Positions 1 through 10,477 of a stretch of 36,606 nt of DNA are shown piece after piece; position 1 is the stretch's first letter; every line of letters starts with the position of its first letter. This stretch comes from Candidatus Eiseniibacteriota bacterium (GTDB lineage: Bacteria > Eisenbacteria > RBG-16-71-46). The stretch covers positions 1 to 36,606 of the forward strand of contig JANMQY010000067.1 in assembly GCA_031370785.1 (NCBI GenBank). The letters run 5' to 3'. The notes under the pieces were generated by a model, which worked only from the letters and a program-made list of their open reading frames with translations, was not told where the DNA came from and did not search any database. A program made the position numbers and the translations under genes.

Positions 1-283
1 GCTGCTGGTGCAGCGCGGGACCCCCGAGCATGGTCTGCGCGTCGGCGTGCGGGGCGGTGGCTGCTCGGGAAACTCGTACTTCATGGAGTTCTGCGAGCAG
101 GAAGCCGAGGGCGATCACGTCGTGCTGAGCCACGACGTGAAGCTGGTGGTCGATCCCAAGAGCCGCATGGTGCTCGACGGGACCGAGATCGACTTCGTGA
201 CCGGCCTGATGGGGTCGGGCTTCAAGTTCAACAACCCGAACGTGCGTCATAGCTGCGCATGCGGCGAGAGCTTCTCGACCTGA
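1..283 (+). CDS. sufA: A-type Fe-S carrier (SufA/IscA/HesB family), 5' end outside window
   Basis: [12 protein letters not shown] and C-terminal [13 protein letters not shown] motifs; frame is open to the window edge; lies directly upstream of sufC. Confidence 0.9.
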   Translation, partial: LLVQRGTPEHGLRVGVRGGGCSGNSYFMEFCEQEAEGDHVVLSHDVKLVVDPKSRMVLDGTEIDFVTGLMGSGFKFNNPNVRHSCACGESFST

Positions 284-365
284 GATACGGAGTTCCGCCG
301 GGCGCAGGCGCGCACGGCGGCGAGTCTCGAAGATGGCCGCGGGCGCGGCAGGAGTGGACAGCGCG

Positions 366-1169
366 ATGAGCGACAAGCCTGATCTGATGGTCAAGAACCT
401 CCACGTCGCCGTGGAGGGCAAGGAGATCCTCAAGGGCCTGAGCCTCGAGGTGAGGAAGGGGGAGATCCATGCCCTGATGGGCCCGAACGGTTCGGGCAAG
501 AGCACGTTCGCCAACACCCTGATGGGTCACCCCAAGTACGAAGTGACTTCGGGCGAGATCCTGTTCAAGGGCAAGAGCCTGCTCGAAATGAAAGCCGACG
601 AGCGTTCGCGCGCCGGGCTGTTCATGGCGTTCCAGTACCCGGTCGCGATCCCGGGGCTGTCGATGGCCAACTTCCTGCGCGCCGCGCTCAACGCGCGCCT
701 GGCGCCGACCGAGACCGACGGCAAGGGGAACATGCCCAGGAAGAAGGGCATCGCCCCGAAGGAGTTCCGCGAGCTGCTGCGCTCCAAGATGGCGCTGCTC
801 AAGATGGACGAGTCGTTCGCGACCCGTTACCTGAACGACGGCTTTTCGGGCGGCGAGAAGAAGCGCGCAGAGATTCTGCAGATGGCGCTGCTCAAGCCCG
901 AGATCGCGATCATGGACGAGACCGACTCCGGTCTCGACATCGACGCGCTGCGCATCGTCGCCGAAGGCGTGAATGCGCTGGCTGGGCCGGACCTGGGCGT
1001 GCTCCTGATCACGCACTACCAGCGCATCCTCAACTACATCAAACCCGACCGGGTGCACGTCATGATGGACGGCCGGATCACGCTCTCTGGCGGACCCGAA
1101 CTGGCGCACGAGCTCGAAAGCAAGGGCTACGACTGGGTCCGCGACGCGAAAGAGGTGGCAACGCGATGA
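366..1169 (+). CDS. sufC: Fe-S cluster assembly ATPase SufC
   Basis: Walker [38 protein letters not shown] at 366 preceded by GGAG; ATGA overlap with sufB. Confidence 0.96.
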   Translation: MSDKPDLMVKNLHVAVEGKEILKGLSLEVRKGEIHALMGPNGSGKSTFANTLMGHPKYEVTSGEILFKGKSLLEMKADERSRAGLFMAFQYPVAIPGLSMANFLRAALNARLAPTETDGKGNMPRKKGIAPKEFRELLRSKMALLKMDESFATRYLNDGFSGGEKKRAEILQMALLKPEIAIMDETDSGLDIDALRIVAEGVNALAGPDLGVLLITHYQRILNYIKPDRVHVMMDGRITLSGGPELAHELESKGYDWVRDAKEVATR

Positions 1170-2575
1170 GCACGAATCCTGAGCTGGATCTTCGCGAAAG
1201 CTACGAAGAGAAGTTTGGTTTCCACGACAGCGACCAGTTCGTCTTCAGAAGCCGCAGGGGACTGGACCGCGACATCGTCATGGAAATCTCGAAGATGAAG
1301 GGCGAGCCGCAGTGGATGACCGACTATCGCCTGAAGGCGCTCGAGATCTTCGAGAAGAAGCCGACGCCGACCTGGGGCGGGGATGTCGGGCAGATCGATT
1401 TCCAGAACATCTATTACTACGTGAAGCCGACCTCGGATGAGGCCAAGTCGTGGGACGACGTGCCCGCCGACATGAAGCGCACGTTCGACAAGCTGGGGAT
1501 CCCCGAAGCCGAGCAGAAGTTCCTGTCTGGGGTGGGCGCCCAGTACGACTCCGAGGTCGTCTATCACAAGATCCAGGAGAGCCTGGAGAAGCAGGGCGTG
1601 ATCTTCCTGTCGTGCGACCACGCGCTGCGCGATCACGAGGCGCTGTTCAAGGAGTACTTCGGCACGGTGATTCCGTCGACCGACAACAAGTTCGCGGCGC
1701 TCAACTCCGCGGTGTGGTCGGGCGGATCGTTCATCTACGTGCCCAAGGGCGTTCACGTCGACGTGCCGCTGCAGGCCTACTTCCGGATCAACACCAAGGA
1801 CATGGGCCAGTTCGAGCGCACGCTCATCATCGTGGACGAAGGCGCATACGTTCACTACGTCGAGGGCTGCACCGCGCCGACCTACTCGAGCGACTCGCTG
1901 CACTCGGCGGTGGTCGAGATCATCGTCAAGAAGGGCGCGCGCTGCCGCTACACGACCATCCAGAACTGGTCGAACAACGTGTACAACCTGGTGACCAAGC
2001 GCGCGGTCGCGTACCGCGATGCCACCATGGAGTGGGTGGACGGCAACCTGGGCTCCAAGCTCACCATGAAGTATCCGTCCGTCTACATGATGGAGCCGGG
2101 TGCGCACGGCGAGATCCTGTCGATCGCCTTCGCGGGCAAGGGGCAGCATCAGGACGCCGGCGGCAAGGTGGTGCACTGCGCGCCGAACACGACGAGCAAG
2201 ATCATCTCCAAGTCGATCAGCAAGGACGGCGGCCGGGCCGGCTACCGCGGGCTGGTCAAGGTGGTGAAGGGCGCGGTCGACTGCCGCAGCACGGTGAACT
2301 GCGATGCGCTGATCCTGGACGAGGACTCGCGCTCGGACACCTATCCCTACATGGAGATCGAAGAGGATCGCGTGACCATCGGTCACGAAGCCACCGTCTC
2401 CAAGATCGGCGATGAGCAGCTGTTCTATCTCACGAGCCGCGGGATTCCCGGTGAAGAGGCGGCCGCGATGATCGTCTCGGGCTTCATCGAGCCGATCGTC
2501 AAGGAGCTGCCGATGGAATACGCGGTCGAGATGAACCGGCTGATCCAGCTTCAGATGGAGGGGTCGGTCGGATGA
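1166..2575 (+). CDS. sufB: Fe-S cluster assembly scaffold SufB
   Basis: [39 protein letters not shown]-terminal MEGSVG. Confidence 0.97.
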   Translation: MSTNPELDLRESYEEKFGFHDSDQFVFRSRRGLDRDIVMEISKMKGEPQWMTDYRLKALEIFEKKPTPTWGGDVGQIDFQNIYYYVKPTSDEAKSWDDVPADMKRTFDKLGIPEAEQKFLSGVGAQYDSEVVYHKIQESLEKQGVIFLSCDHALRDHEALFKEYFGTVIPSTDNKFAALNSAVWSGGSFIYVPKGVHVDVPLQAYFRINTKDMGQFERTLIIVDEGAYVHYVEGCTAPTYSSDSLHSAVVEIIVKKGARCRYTTIQNWSNNVYNLVTKRAVAYRDATMEWVDGNLGSKLTMKYPSVYMMEPGAHGEILSIAFAGKGQHQDAGGKVVHCAPNTTSKIISKSISKDGGRAGYRGLVKVVKGAVDCRSTVNCDALILDEDSRSDTYPYMEIEEDRVTIGHEATVSKIGDEQLFYLTSRGIPGEEAAAMIVSGFIEPIVKELPMEYAVEMNRLIQLQMEGSVG

Positions 2576-3903
2576 CCACCGAGCTCAAGAGCACTGGATT
2601 CGACGTGGCGTGGGCCGCAAAGGCGGAAGCCAGCGCGGCCGGGGAACCGGCGTGGGCGCTGGAAAGGCGCCGCACCGCGGGCGCAATCGCGGGGACGCTG
2701 ACGTTCCCGAGCCGCGAGGATGAGCTGTGGCGGCGCACCGATTTCCGGAGCCTGGAAGCGGCGCTGCCGGCGCTGGACCCGTTCCGCGCCGCGCCTCGTG
2801 CGCGCAACGTGGACGATCTGCCGCCCGGAATCCTCGAGCGCATCGCGGGTGAGGCGCTGAACCTGGCGCTGGTCGTCCAGCAGGACGCCACGGTGACGCT
2901 GGAGCAGACACATCCCGCGCTCGCCAAGCAGGGCGTGATCGTGTGCAGCATGGACCGCGCGGTGCGCGAGTACGGCGCACTGGTGCAGCCGCTGCTCGGG
3001 TCGTTGCTCGAGCCCGACTTCGACTGGTACGTCGCGCTCGGCGCGGCGCTCCGCTCGGGCGGCGGGTTCGTCTACGTGCCCGACGGAGTCGAAGCCGCCA
3101 TTCCGATTCGCCTGTTCCAGGGCTTCACCGGCGCAGGTGTGCTGGCGACGCCGCGCACCGTGATCGTGCTCGGGCGTGGCGCGCGCGCCACCGTGATCGA
3201 AGAGCAGCTCTCGCCGACCGTGGACGGCGCTTCGTTCCACCTGGGCGGCACCGAGGCCTTCATCGGGGAAGACGCGCGCCTGGTGTACGCCACGCTTCAG
3301 GACTGGGGACGCAACGTATTCCATTACTCGAATGCGCGGGCGCGTGTGACGCGTGGCGGCGAGCTGCAGTGGATCCAGACCATGATCGGCGGCCGCATGG
3401 TGAAGGCGAACTCCTACTACGACCTGGATGGCCCGGGCGCGCAGGCGTTCGTTCACGGCTTCATGTTCGGCGACCAGAAGCAGCACTTCCACCTGCACAC
3501 GCTGCAGCGGCACTTGAAGGATCACACCACCAGCGACCTCTTGATCAAGGGCTGCCTCAAGGACAAGGCGCGCAGCATCTATCAGGGGCTGATCCAGGTG
3601 AGCGAGGGCGCGCAGCGCACCGACGCCTACCAGGCCAACCGCAACCTGCTGCTCTCGGATCAGGCGCGCGCCGACAGCATTCCGGGCCTCGAGATCCTTG
3701 CGAACGACGTGCGCTGCACGCACGGCGCGACCGTGGGCCACGTGGACCCCGAGCAGATGTATTACCTGATGTCGCGCGGCCTGCCCGAGCCGGAAGCCCA
3801 GCGACTGATCGTCGAGGGCTTTTTCGCGCCGGTCCTGGATCGCATTCCGCTCGAGAGCGTGCGCGAGCAGCTCCATGCCGAGATCGCGCGCAAGATCGGA
3901 TGA
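2572..3903 (+). CDS. sufD: Fe-S cluster assembly protein SufD
   Basis: [49 protein letters not shown] overlap with sufB. Confidence 0.94.
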   Translation: MTTELKSTGFDVAWAAKAEASAAGEPAWALERRRTAGAIAGTLTFPSREDELWRRTDFRSLEAALPALDPFRAAPRARNVDDLPPGILERIAGEALNLALVVQQDATVTLEQTHPALAKQGVIVCSMDRAVREYGALVQPLLGSLLEPDFDWYVALGAALRSGGGFVYVPDGVEAAIPIRLFQGFTGAGVLATPRTVIVLGRGARATVIEEQLSPTVDGASFHLGGTEAFIGEDARLVYATLQDWGRNVFHYSNARARVTRGGELQWIQTMIGGRMVKANSYYDLDGPGAQAFVHGFMFGDQKQHFHLHTLQRHLKDHTTSDLLIKGCLKDKARSIYQGLIQVSEGAQRTDAYQANRNLLLSDQARADSIPGLEILANDVRCTHGATVGHVDPEQMYYLMSRGLPEPEAQRLIVEGFFAPVLDRIPLESVREQLHAEIARKIG

Positions 3904-3907
3904 CCCC

Positions 3908-5179
3908 GTGAAGCTCCGTCATCCGGGCGGGGCCGCGACCGCCTCGCCGCATCGCGCTCTGGATGCCAAGGCGCTGCGCCTTCAGTTCCCGATCTTCTCG
4001 ACGCCGCGCGAGACGCCGCTCATCTACCTCGACAGCGCGGCGACGTCGCAAAAGCCGGCTGCGGTGCTGGACGCGATGCAGCGCTACTACGTGACCCACA
4101 ACGCCAACATCCATCGTGGCGTGTACCGGATCGCGGAGGAAGCGACCGCGGCGTACGAGGACGCGCGCCGCCGGGTGGCGAACTTCATCAAGGCCGGCTC
4201 GCCGCGCGAGGTGATCTTCACCCGCAACAGCACCGAGGCGATCAATCTGGTCGCGTACGCGTGGGCGCGCTCGACCCTGCGCGATGGCGACGCGATCGTG
4301 CTCACCGAGATGGAGCACCATTCGAATCTGGTGCCGTGGCACATCCTCGCCGCCGAGCGGAAGATCGAGCTGCGCTTCATCCCGGTGACCGGCTCCGGGG
4401 AACTGGACCTGGATGCGCTGCCCGGCCTGCTGGCTGACGGGAAGGTGAAGCTCGTGTCGTTCGTGCACGTCTCCAACGTGCTGGGCACGGTCAATCCGGC
4501 CGCGGTGATCACGCGCACCGCGAAGGCCGCCGGCGCGACGGTGCTGATCGATGCCTCGCAGAGCGCCGCGCACATGCCACTCGACGTGCAGGCGCTGGGC
4601 GCAGACTTCGTCGCATTCACCGCGCACAAGATGCTCGGCCCGACCGGGATCGGCGTGCTGTGGGGACGGCGCGAGATCCTGGAAGCGATGCCGCCGTTCC
4701 TGGGTGGTGGCGAGATGATCCGTGAGGTCAAGCTCTCCGGTTCCAAGTGGAACGAGCTGCCGTGGAAGTTCGAAGCCGGCACCATGTGCATCGCCGAGGC
4801 GATCGGGCTCGGCGCCGCGGTCGACTGGTTGAGCGCGGTCGGAATGGATGCGGTGTTTGCCCACGATCAGGATCTGGCGAAGTACGCGATGGAACGCCTT
4901 CACGAGGTGCCGGAGCTGTGCCTGCTCGGGCCCGCGCCAGAGAAGCGCGGCGGGGTGGTCGCGTTCACGCTTGGGGACATCCATCCGCACGACATCGCCA
5001 CCGTGCTCGATCGGGACGGGATCTGCGTCCGCGCGGGGCATCACTGCGCGATGCCGCTGCACGAGAAGCTGGGCGTTCCGGCCTCGGCGCGGGCGTCGTT
5101 CCACTGCTACAGCCTGCGCGAGGAAGTCGACGCGCTGGTGCAGGGTCTGCATCGGGTCCGCAAGGTGTTCGCGCGATGA
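3908..5179 (+). CDS. sufS: Group II cysteine desulfurase SufS
   Basis: YLDSAATSQKP, MEHHSN, PLP lysine in AHKM, RAGHHCA; GTG at 3908 chosen as start (uncertain) because it follows the sufD stop. Confidence 0.95.
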   Translation: MKLRHPGGAATASPHRALDAKALRLQFPIFSTPRETPLIYLDSAATSQKPAAVLDAMQRYYVTHNANIHRGVYRIAEEATAAYEDARRRVANFIKAGSPREVIFTRNSTEAINLVAYAWARSTLRDGDAIVLTEMEHHSNLVPWHILAAERKIELRFIPVTGSGELDLDALPGLLADGKVKLVSFVHVSNVLGTVNPAAVITRTAKAAGATVLIDASQSAAHMPLDVQALGADFVAFTAHKMLGPTGIGVLWGRREILEAMPPFLGGGEMIREVKLSGSKWNELPWKFEAGTMCIAEAIGLGAAVDWLSAVGMDAVFAHDQDLAKYAMERLHEVPELCLLGPAPEKRGGVVAFTLGDIHPHDIATVLDRDGICVRAGHHCAMPLHEKLGVPASARASFHCYSLREEVDALVQGLHRVRKVFAR

Positions 5180-5580
5180 GCGGCGAATGGGATGACCTCT
5201 TCCGCGAGAACATCCTCGACCACTACAAGAATCCCAGAAATCGCGGCACGCTCGATCAGCCCGACATCACCTACGAGGACGCGAATCCACTGTGCGGCGA
5301 CAAGCTGCGCATGGATTTCAAGGTGAAGGACGGAACCATCGAGCAGGTGCGCTTCAGCGGACAGGGGTGCTCGATCAGCCAGGCCGCGGCCTCGATGCTG
5401 TGCGAGCGCATCGAGGGCAAGACGCTCGACGAGGTGAAGAAGATCTCGCGCGACGACGTGCTCGAGATGCTCGGAATCGAGCTGGGGCCGGTGCGCCTCA
5501 AGTGCGCGCTGCTCTCACTCAAGACGCTCAAGGCTGGCGTGTACGGCCTCAAGCAGTGGCCCGGCGAGGAGGATGAGTGA
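5176..5580 (+). CDS. sufU: SufU/NifU-like sulfur-transfer protein
   Basis: ILDHYKNPRNRG, NPLCGD, GCSISQAAAS, RLKCALL; ATG at 5176 overlaps the sufS stop. Confidence 0.92.
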   Translation: MSGEWDDLFRENILDHYKNPRNRGTLDQPDITYEDANPLCGDKLRMDFKVKDGTIEQVRFSGQGCSISQAAASMLCERIEGKTLDEVKKISRDDVLEMLGIELGPVRLKCALLSLKTLKAGVYGLKQWPGEEDE

Positions 5581-5903
5581 CCACGAAATCCGCAGACGGG
5601 TTCGTGACCGTGGCAAAGGTGGGCGAGATCCCGCCGGGAGGGGTGAAGGTGGTGCGCCTCGACGATCAGTCGGTGGCGGTGTTCAACATCGATGGCCAGT
5701 ACTACGCGTTGGAGGATGTGTGCACGCACGACGGGGGCCCGCTGGCCGAGGGCTGCCTGGTCGGTGACGTGATCGAGTGCCCGCGTCACGGGGCGAAGTT
5801 CAATGTGCGCACTGGAGCGGTGCTGGCCTTCCCGGCCACCGCGCCGGTGCCGACCTACGCCGTGCGCGTGGACGGCGACGAGATCCAGGTGGGGTGGTCA
5901 TGA
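5577..5903 (+). CDS. Rieske [2Fe-2S] ferredoxin
   Basis: CTHD...CPRHG Rieske motifs; GTGA overlap with sufU. Confidence 0.92.
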   Translation: MTTKSADGFVTVAKVGEIPPGGVKVVRLDDQSVAVFNIDGQYYALEDVCTHDGGPLAEGCLVGDVIECPRHGAKFNVRTGAVLAFPATAPVPTYAVRVDGDEIQVGWS

Positions 5904-6367
5904 GCGACGAACGTCAGAATCCAAAGAGCGAAGCCGTCAATCCGCACACCGGCCAGCCGGTGCCGAGCGATGTTCCGCGCGCCGCCTCGCCGGAGGCCAG
6001 CGAGCCGGTGACGAATGCTGCGCCAGCGGCACAGGCGCCGGCCGCAGCGGCCGCGAGCGCGGCCTCGGCCGCGCCGACCCAGCAGGAGCTGGCGATCCGC
6101 TCGGCGCTCGAGACCGTGATGGACCCCGAGCTCGGGCTGTCGGTGATCGACCTCGGCCTGATTCGCGAGGTGATCATCCAGCCGGGCAAAACGCTGATCC
6201 GGATGATGCTCACCACTCCGTTCTGCCCCTACGCGCCGCAGATCATCGCCGAGATCAAGCAGGCGACCGCGACCGTGGTGCCGCAGGAGTGTGAGGTCGA
6301 GGTGATGCCGGACGCATGGAGCCCGGACCTGATGCCCGACCCGGGGCTGCTCGGCTTTTCGTACTGA
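5900..6367 (+). CDS. sufT: DUF59/SufT-like Fe-S maturation factor with Ala/Pro-rich N-terminus
   Basis: VMDPELGLSVIDLGLI and LTTPFCP motifs; ATG at 5900 overlaps the ferredoxin stop. Confidence 0.85.
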   Translation: MSDERQNPKSEAVNPHTGQPVPSDVPRAASPEASEPVTNAAPAAQAPAAAAASAASAAPTQQELAIRSALETVMDPELGLSVIDLGLIREVIIQPGKTLIRMMLTTPFCPYAPQIIAEIKQATATVVPQECEVEVMPDAWSPDLMPDPGLLGFSY

Positions 6368-6395
6368 GCCTCGCGCAACCGCGCGCAATCGGAAA

Positions 6396-6423
6396 CGGCC
6401 GGCTCTCGCGAGAGAGCCGGCCG
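6396..6423. terminator. Perfect 12-bp hairpin with GCGA tetraloop between convergent genes (likely terminator)
   Basis: cggccggctctc-gcga-gagagccggccg; no clear U-tract. Confidence 0.65.
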
Positions 6424-6440
6424 CAGTCATTCGCGAGCGA

Positions 6441-6989
6441 TCAGAAGTTGTACGCGAGGCCCCAGTTCAGCTTGAGCTGCCGGTAGCCGGGGATGTGGTG
6501 GTACTTGAGTTCGACGAAGTTGTCGACGTGGGCGGTCAGTCCGAACGACACGCCGCCGAGCAGCGCGAGCCCGCCCTTGATGACCGAATCGGTGGCGTTG
6601 TTGAGGCCCAGCGAGGGAGCGTCGACCTTGGTCGACAGAAAATGGATGCCGTATCCCGCGCCGACGAACGGGCGCAAGCTGGTGCTCTTGAAGTCGTAAC
6701 GCATGTCGACGCCCAGCGTACCGTCGGTGCGCGAGGAGCGGATGTCGAAAGGCTGAACGTTGCTGCTGGCCCGCCACCACTCGATCGTGGGCATGATCGA
6801 GAAGCCTTCGATCAGGCGATCGGTCTTGATGCGGGTACGCAGCGCGAGGCCCGAGAACGAGCTCTGCCCTTCCTGCATGACGGTCGAGCTGATGCCGTCG
6901 ATTCCGGCGACAGTGAGGGCGGCGCGACTGGTCGCGGGGGCGAGCGACAGTGTCAGTATGACGAGGCAGAGGCAAAGCCGAAGGCGCAT
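6441..6989 (-). CDS. Small outer-membrane beta-barrel protein (OmpA-TM/OmpW-like)
   Basis: Signal peptide, alternating beta-strands, RPFVGAGYG, C-terminal GLAYNF (BAM-type terminal Phe); RBS GAGGAG. Confidence 0.82.
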   Translation of the reverse strand: MRLRLCLCLVILTLSLAPATSRAALTVAGIDGISSTVMQEGQSSFSGLALRTRIKTDRLIEGFSIMPTIEWWRASSNVQPFDIRSSRTDGTLGVDMRYDFKSTSLRPFVGAGYGIHFLSTKVDAPSLGLNNATDSVIKGGLALLGGVSFGLTAHVDNFVELKYHHIPGYRQLKLNWGLAYNF

Positions 6990-7083
6990 GTTGAACTCCT
7001 CGAGGATCCATCCTCGGAACGTAACGGTCCATGTCGTGAAGGGAGCGCTTCGCGACTATAGACCTGTGGCGGGGCGCAAGCTA

Positions 7084-9081
7084 CTAGTCGTTGCCCCCGA
7101 AGACCTGTTTGCGCGCAGGGCGCGCGATCTCGAACGAAACCGGCTCCGGCACGCGCCCGCGCTCCACGGTCACGAACACCCGCGTGCTGCTCGTGACCTT
7201 GTAAGGCACCGGAAGCGAGCGCTCTTCCAGCGCAACGATGTGCACGCCCGGCGCGACGTGGTCGAAGTGCGCGATCCCATCGGCGTTGGTGAAGCGCAGT
7301 TCCTTGCCATCGAGTGAGACCAGCACCTCTTCGACGCCGGTGCGATTGCCCGAGCGCATCACCCGCACGATCACCCGGCTCGAGTCACGCCGCGAGAAGA
7401 ACCCGCCGCTCGCGCTCTCGTAGCGCGAGGCCTGCAGATCGTAGGCGGTGGTGTATTCGTACTGCGCGGCGCCGCCCTGATCGAGCCGCCGCGCTTCGAT
7501 GCTGCCCAGGTCGCGCAAACGCGGCGCGAACGTGATGCCGATCTCGGCCTCCTGCACGCCGGTCCGGAATCCGCCGTCGCGTTGCGCTCCCAAGGCCACC
7601 CCGCCGCTCACGCGGCTCGAGAGCCACGGCAGCAGCCAGGTCACGCGCGTGGTCAGAAGCGCCTGCGAGAATTTCCGCTCGTCCCAGTTGGCGCGCGGCG
7701 ACAGTTCGAGCCGTCCGCCCCTGGGCAGCGCCATCGAGGTCTCGTTGGCGATCTGCAGCGCGTCGCGGCCGCCCACGATCGTGCTGCGCTCGCCGCGGAA
7801 CAGGACCGCGAAGCCGCCGGAGGAGACGTCCCCGATGCTGAAGCTCATGCGGCGCTCGCCGACTATCGGGCTGCCTCGCCGGTCCCAGGTGTAGTCCGCA
7901 CCGGCGTACCAGGGCGATGCTCCGAGATTGCCCGAGCCGCCCACCTGCACGCTGTGCGCGGTGAGCGACGTGTCGCCGCCTTCGCGCAGCACGCCGGTAA
8001 AGTGGGTCTCGACCCGGCCCTTGAACGCGCGCAGCTGCGCGTTCCATCGGTCCTCCGAGCGTGGGGCGGCGAGGAACGTCTCGGTGCCGATGATCCGCGC
8101 GCGCCGGGTCGCGCGCTCGTCGTGCAGCACGAGCGTCGCGACCGGGCTGATCAGCGACCAGTCGAACGCCTGCTGCGCCGTGAGTCCGCGCCTGCCGTCG
8201 AGATCGTGGAAGCCGCCCGCGACCGAGATGCCCAGGACTCCCGCGGCGAGCGGCGCGTGCATTCCGAACGTGGCGACGCCGCCCGCTCCGGCGAGCGAGT
8301 CGGGATCGGGGGCCCCGAAGCCGCGGCGCTGCGCTGCGCCGCGGCCGAAGCCGACGAAGCCGGCGGAGAGCGTGGCCTGATCGAAGTGCACCTCATCGAG
8401 CAGCGCGCCGCCGAGCCGGATCGGCCGCGTGCTCTGACCGGGAGTCGGAGTGGGCACGCCGCCGAGCGCCTGCGCCGTGCCGCCCCCGGGCAGCTCCAGT
8501 TTCAAGGTCGCGCCGCGCAGGCGCTGAAGCGAGGCGACCGCGCCGACGATGACCGGCTGTACGTCCCCGAGGCTTCCGAGCCAGCCCGATTCACGCGCGT
8601 CGAGACGCAGGGTGCGCAGGTCCGAGCCCAGGTCGCGCGTCGTGCCCGAGGCGCTCAGCTCGAAGGCGCGCCCGCGACGATATTCACGTCCCACAGCCAT
8701 GTCCCACACCCGCGTCAACGAAGGCCCCGCGCCGCGGCTCACCAGCTGGACATGCGCGTGATCGAGCGCGCGCATCATTCCCGTCGATCCGGGCCCGAGC
8801 AGTGCTTCGCCCCGGATCGGCGGACGGTAGCGCGGATTGGCGATGCGACGGATGGTGAAGCCGCCCGGCGCGGTGATCCCCCACGAGCTCGCGGCGCTGC
8901 GCGCGAGGGCGGAATCGGGCGCAGAGACACTCACCCCGGAAAACGCCGAATCCCCGCCTCGGTCGTCGGCCTTCGACGATCGGGCGGGGCCCGCGGTGCT
9001 CGACAGCAGGAGCAGAGCGGCGAGCGCTAGTGTGGGCTGCGCTCGGCCAGCGGGCCGGAAGGTCGTCGCGGCATCGGCCAT
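7084..9081 (-). CDS. Secreted 665-aa beta-rich protein, usher-like, with C-terminal carboxypeptidase-regulatory/SdrD-B-like Ig domain
   Basis: Start MADAATT.. followed by hydrophobic LALAALLLLS; many amphipathic strands; LGD...LRGATL resembles usher motif; C-terminal GVEEVLVSLDG..TNADGIAHFDHVAPGVHIVALEERSLP; the longer ORF-track N-terminus overlaps the upstream gene. Confidence 0.65.
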   Translation of the reverse strand: MADAATTFRPAGRAQPTLALAALLLLSSTAGPARSSKADDRGGDSAFSGVSVSAPDSALARSAASSWGITAPGGFTIRRIANPRYRPPIRGEALLGPGSTGMMRALDHAHVQLVSRGAGPSLTRVWDMAVGREYRRGRAFELSASGTTRDLGSDLRTLRLDARESGWLGSLGDVQPVIVGAVASLQRLRGATLKLELPGGGTAQALGGVPTPTPGQSTRPIRLGGALLDEVHFDQATLSAGFVGFGRGAAQRRGFGAPDPDSLAGAGGVATFGMHAPLAAGVLGISVAGGFHDLDGRRGLTAQQAFDWSLISPVATLVLHDERATRRARIIGTETFLAAPRSEDRWNAQLRAFKGRVETHFTGVLREGGDTSLTAHSVQVGGSGNLGASPWYAGADYTWDRRGSPIVGERRMSFSIGDVSSGGFAVLFRGERSTIVGGRDALQIANETSMALPRGGRLELSPRANWDERKFSQALLTTRVTWLLPWLSSRVSGGVALGAQRDGGFRTGVQEAEIGITFAPRLRDLGSIEARRLDQGGAAQYEYTTAYDLQASRYESASGGFFSRRDSSRVIVRVMRSGNRTGVEEVLVSLDGKELRFTNADGIAHFDHVAPGVHIVALEERSLPVPYKVTSSTRVFVTVERGRVPEPVSFEIARPARKQVFGGND

Positions 9082-9887
9082 CGGAACGAGGCTTCGCCCA
9101 CCATCAACTCGGGCTCGCCGCTGTCCAGAGTAGCCGTCACCGTGTAGCGACCGGGCTTGAGTGCCGGGGTGCACGTCCATGTAAAGTTGCGTTTCCCTCC
9201 AGGGAGAATGACACCGGTTCCGAATGTGCCCGAGGCCATCGATGCCCCGGTCGAATCGGTGAGAGCGATATCTCCGGTGACGTAGTAGTGCCTCTCGCCG
9301 GTGTTGCGCATGCGCACCGACACCTCGATCGAATCCCTGCCGATCGACACGACTTCCATGCCGGTCAGCTCGGGCTTGATGACTTCGGGCCCGACTCTCG
9401 ACAGGTACAGCGTGGTGCCCAGCTCCGCGACCGCGCGCGGGCCGAGATTGGACGGCTTGGGAGCTGCCGGCCGGATCTCGCTCAGCAGCACGCCCCACCG
9501 CGTCGCGGGTCCGTCGGCAGGCAGCTGCAGCGTGACGTGAATCAGGCCGACCTCGCCCGCCGCGAGCGAGAATTCGCTTGGCTCGAATCGGACCAGGTTC
9601 TGCACGCTGGTCGGCGTCGATCCCAGCGGCGCGAGGCTCAGCTCGCCCATCTCGCTCAGCTTCCAGTCGCTCAGGCGCGATCTCACGATCACCGGTGCAT
9701 CGCCCATGTTGGAGACCTGGATGTCGCGGCTGACGGGCTCGCCCGGCTTCACGGTGAGGTTGTACTTGACCGGCGTGACCTGGGCCAGGATCTGCGCGCC
9801 CGCGCTGTGCGCGTCGAGCCCAAGAGCCGCGAGGCTGAGGGCGAGCCCCGCGAGAATCGAATGCACCTGCGTGCGGATCGGGTTCAT
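9027..9887 (-). CDS. PapD/DUF916-like two-Ig-domain periplasmic pilus chaperone
   Basis: Signal peptide; VTP..YNLTVKPGE..IQVSN, RFEPSEFSLAAGE..IHVTLQLP, second domain MRNTGERH..ILPGGKR..LKPGRYTVTATLD; ATGA overlap with upstream pilin-like gene. Confidence 0.75.
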   Translation of the reverse strand: MNPIRTQVHSILAGLALSLAALGLDAHSAGAQILAQVTPVKYNLTVKPGEPVSRDIQVSNMGDAPVIVRSRLSDWKLSEMGELSLAPLGSTPTSVQNLVRFEPSEFSLAAGEVGLIHVTLQLPADGPATRWGVLLSEIRPAAPKPSNLGPRAVAELGTTLYLSRVGPEVIKPELTGMEVVSIGRDSIEVSVRMRNTGERHYYVTGDIALTDSTGASMASGTFGTGVILPGGKRNFTWTCTPALKPGRYTVTATLDSGEPELMVGEASFRWPMPRRPSGPLAERSPH

Positions 9888-10402
9888 AGCGCGATCACCG
9901 TGTAGGTCAGGGTGTTGGTGTAGTCGGTTCGCGCGCCGCCCGGCGCATCGTCGTAGTTCATCAGGTTCTGGATGCGCACGTCGGTCACCACGCGCTGCCA
10001 GCCGATGCCACGGAAGCCGGTGCGCCACAGCTGCTGGTCGACCGCGGTGATCGGGGTGTAGGCGGAGATGCTGGCGCCGCCCAGGCCGGGACTGGTGGGA
10101 GTGCGGACCAGCAGGTCGGAGAGAGCAACCTGCGGCGCACCGGTGCAGCGCACCATGAGCACCATGCCACGGATGGAACTGCTCCGGACATCGACCTGGA
10201 TTCCCGCCGCACTGGTCGCCTCGACGTAGTTGTTCACGTAGTCCGTGGCGGAAGGATTGAGCGTGAGGGCGGGCGTCAGAATGCGGATTGCGGTCGCCTG
10301 TGCGGCAGCCGCAGTCGGCAGACCAACGCCGAACAGCATGAACATCGAGGCGATGCAGGTGCTTCTATTCATTTTCGGATCCCCATCCGAAGTTCGCTTC
10401 AT
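9884..10402 (-). CDS. Pilin-like secreted subunit B (paralog of 10822-11358, lacks its N-terminal extension)
   Basis: Signal peptide ending AAAA; shares ATDY, GMxLMVRC, ITAVDQxLW, VVTDVRIQNLMNYDDA and YTNTLTYTV with subunit A; start 10402 (GGAG/AGGA RBS) or 10372. Confidence 0.72.
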   Translation of the reverse strand: MKRTSDGDPKMNRSTCIASMFMLFGVGLPTAAAAQATAIRILTPALTLNPSATDYVNNYVEATSAAGIQVDVRSSSIRGMVLMVRCTGAPQVALSDLLVRTPTSPGLGGASISAYTPITAVDQQLWRTGFRGIGWQRVVTDVRIQNLMNYDDAPGGARTDYTNTLTYTVIAL

Positions 10403-10426
10403 GTCCTGCTCCGTCGCGCCGCGGTC

Positions 10427-10457
10427 CCGGTCACGGTCGCATGGCGACCGTGACCGG
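10427..10457. promoter_or_regulatory. Perfect 14-bp intergenic hairpin 3' of the pilin pseudogene (mRNA stabiliser or attenuator candidate)
   Basis: ccggtcacggtcgc-atg-gcgaccgtgaccgg. Confidence 0.6.
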
Positions 10458-10477
10458 AACCCGCAGTCGCGTCGGCC

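Noticed and set aside
6010..6080. GC-rich gccgc-type repeats in sufT
   Set aside because: Low-complexity Ala/Pro linker coding sequence, not a discrete repeat element
9082..9498. Long N-terminal extension of the 804-aa ORF
   Set aside because: It overlaps the chaperone gene in another frame; the signal-peptide-like sequence starts at ATG 9081
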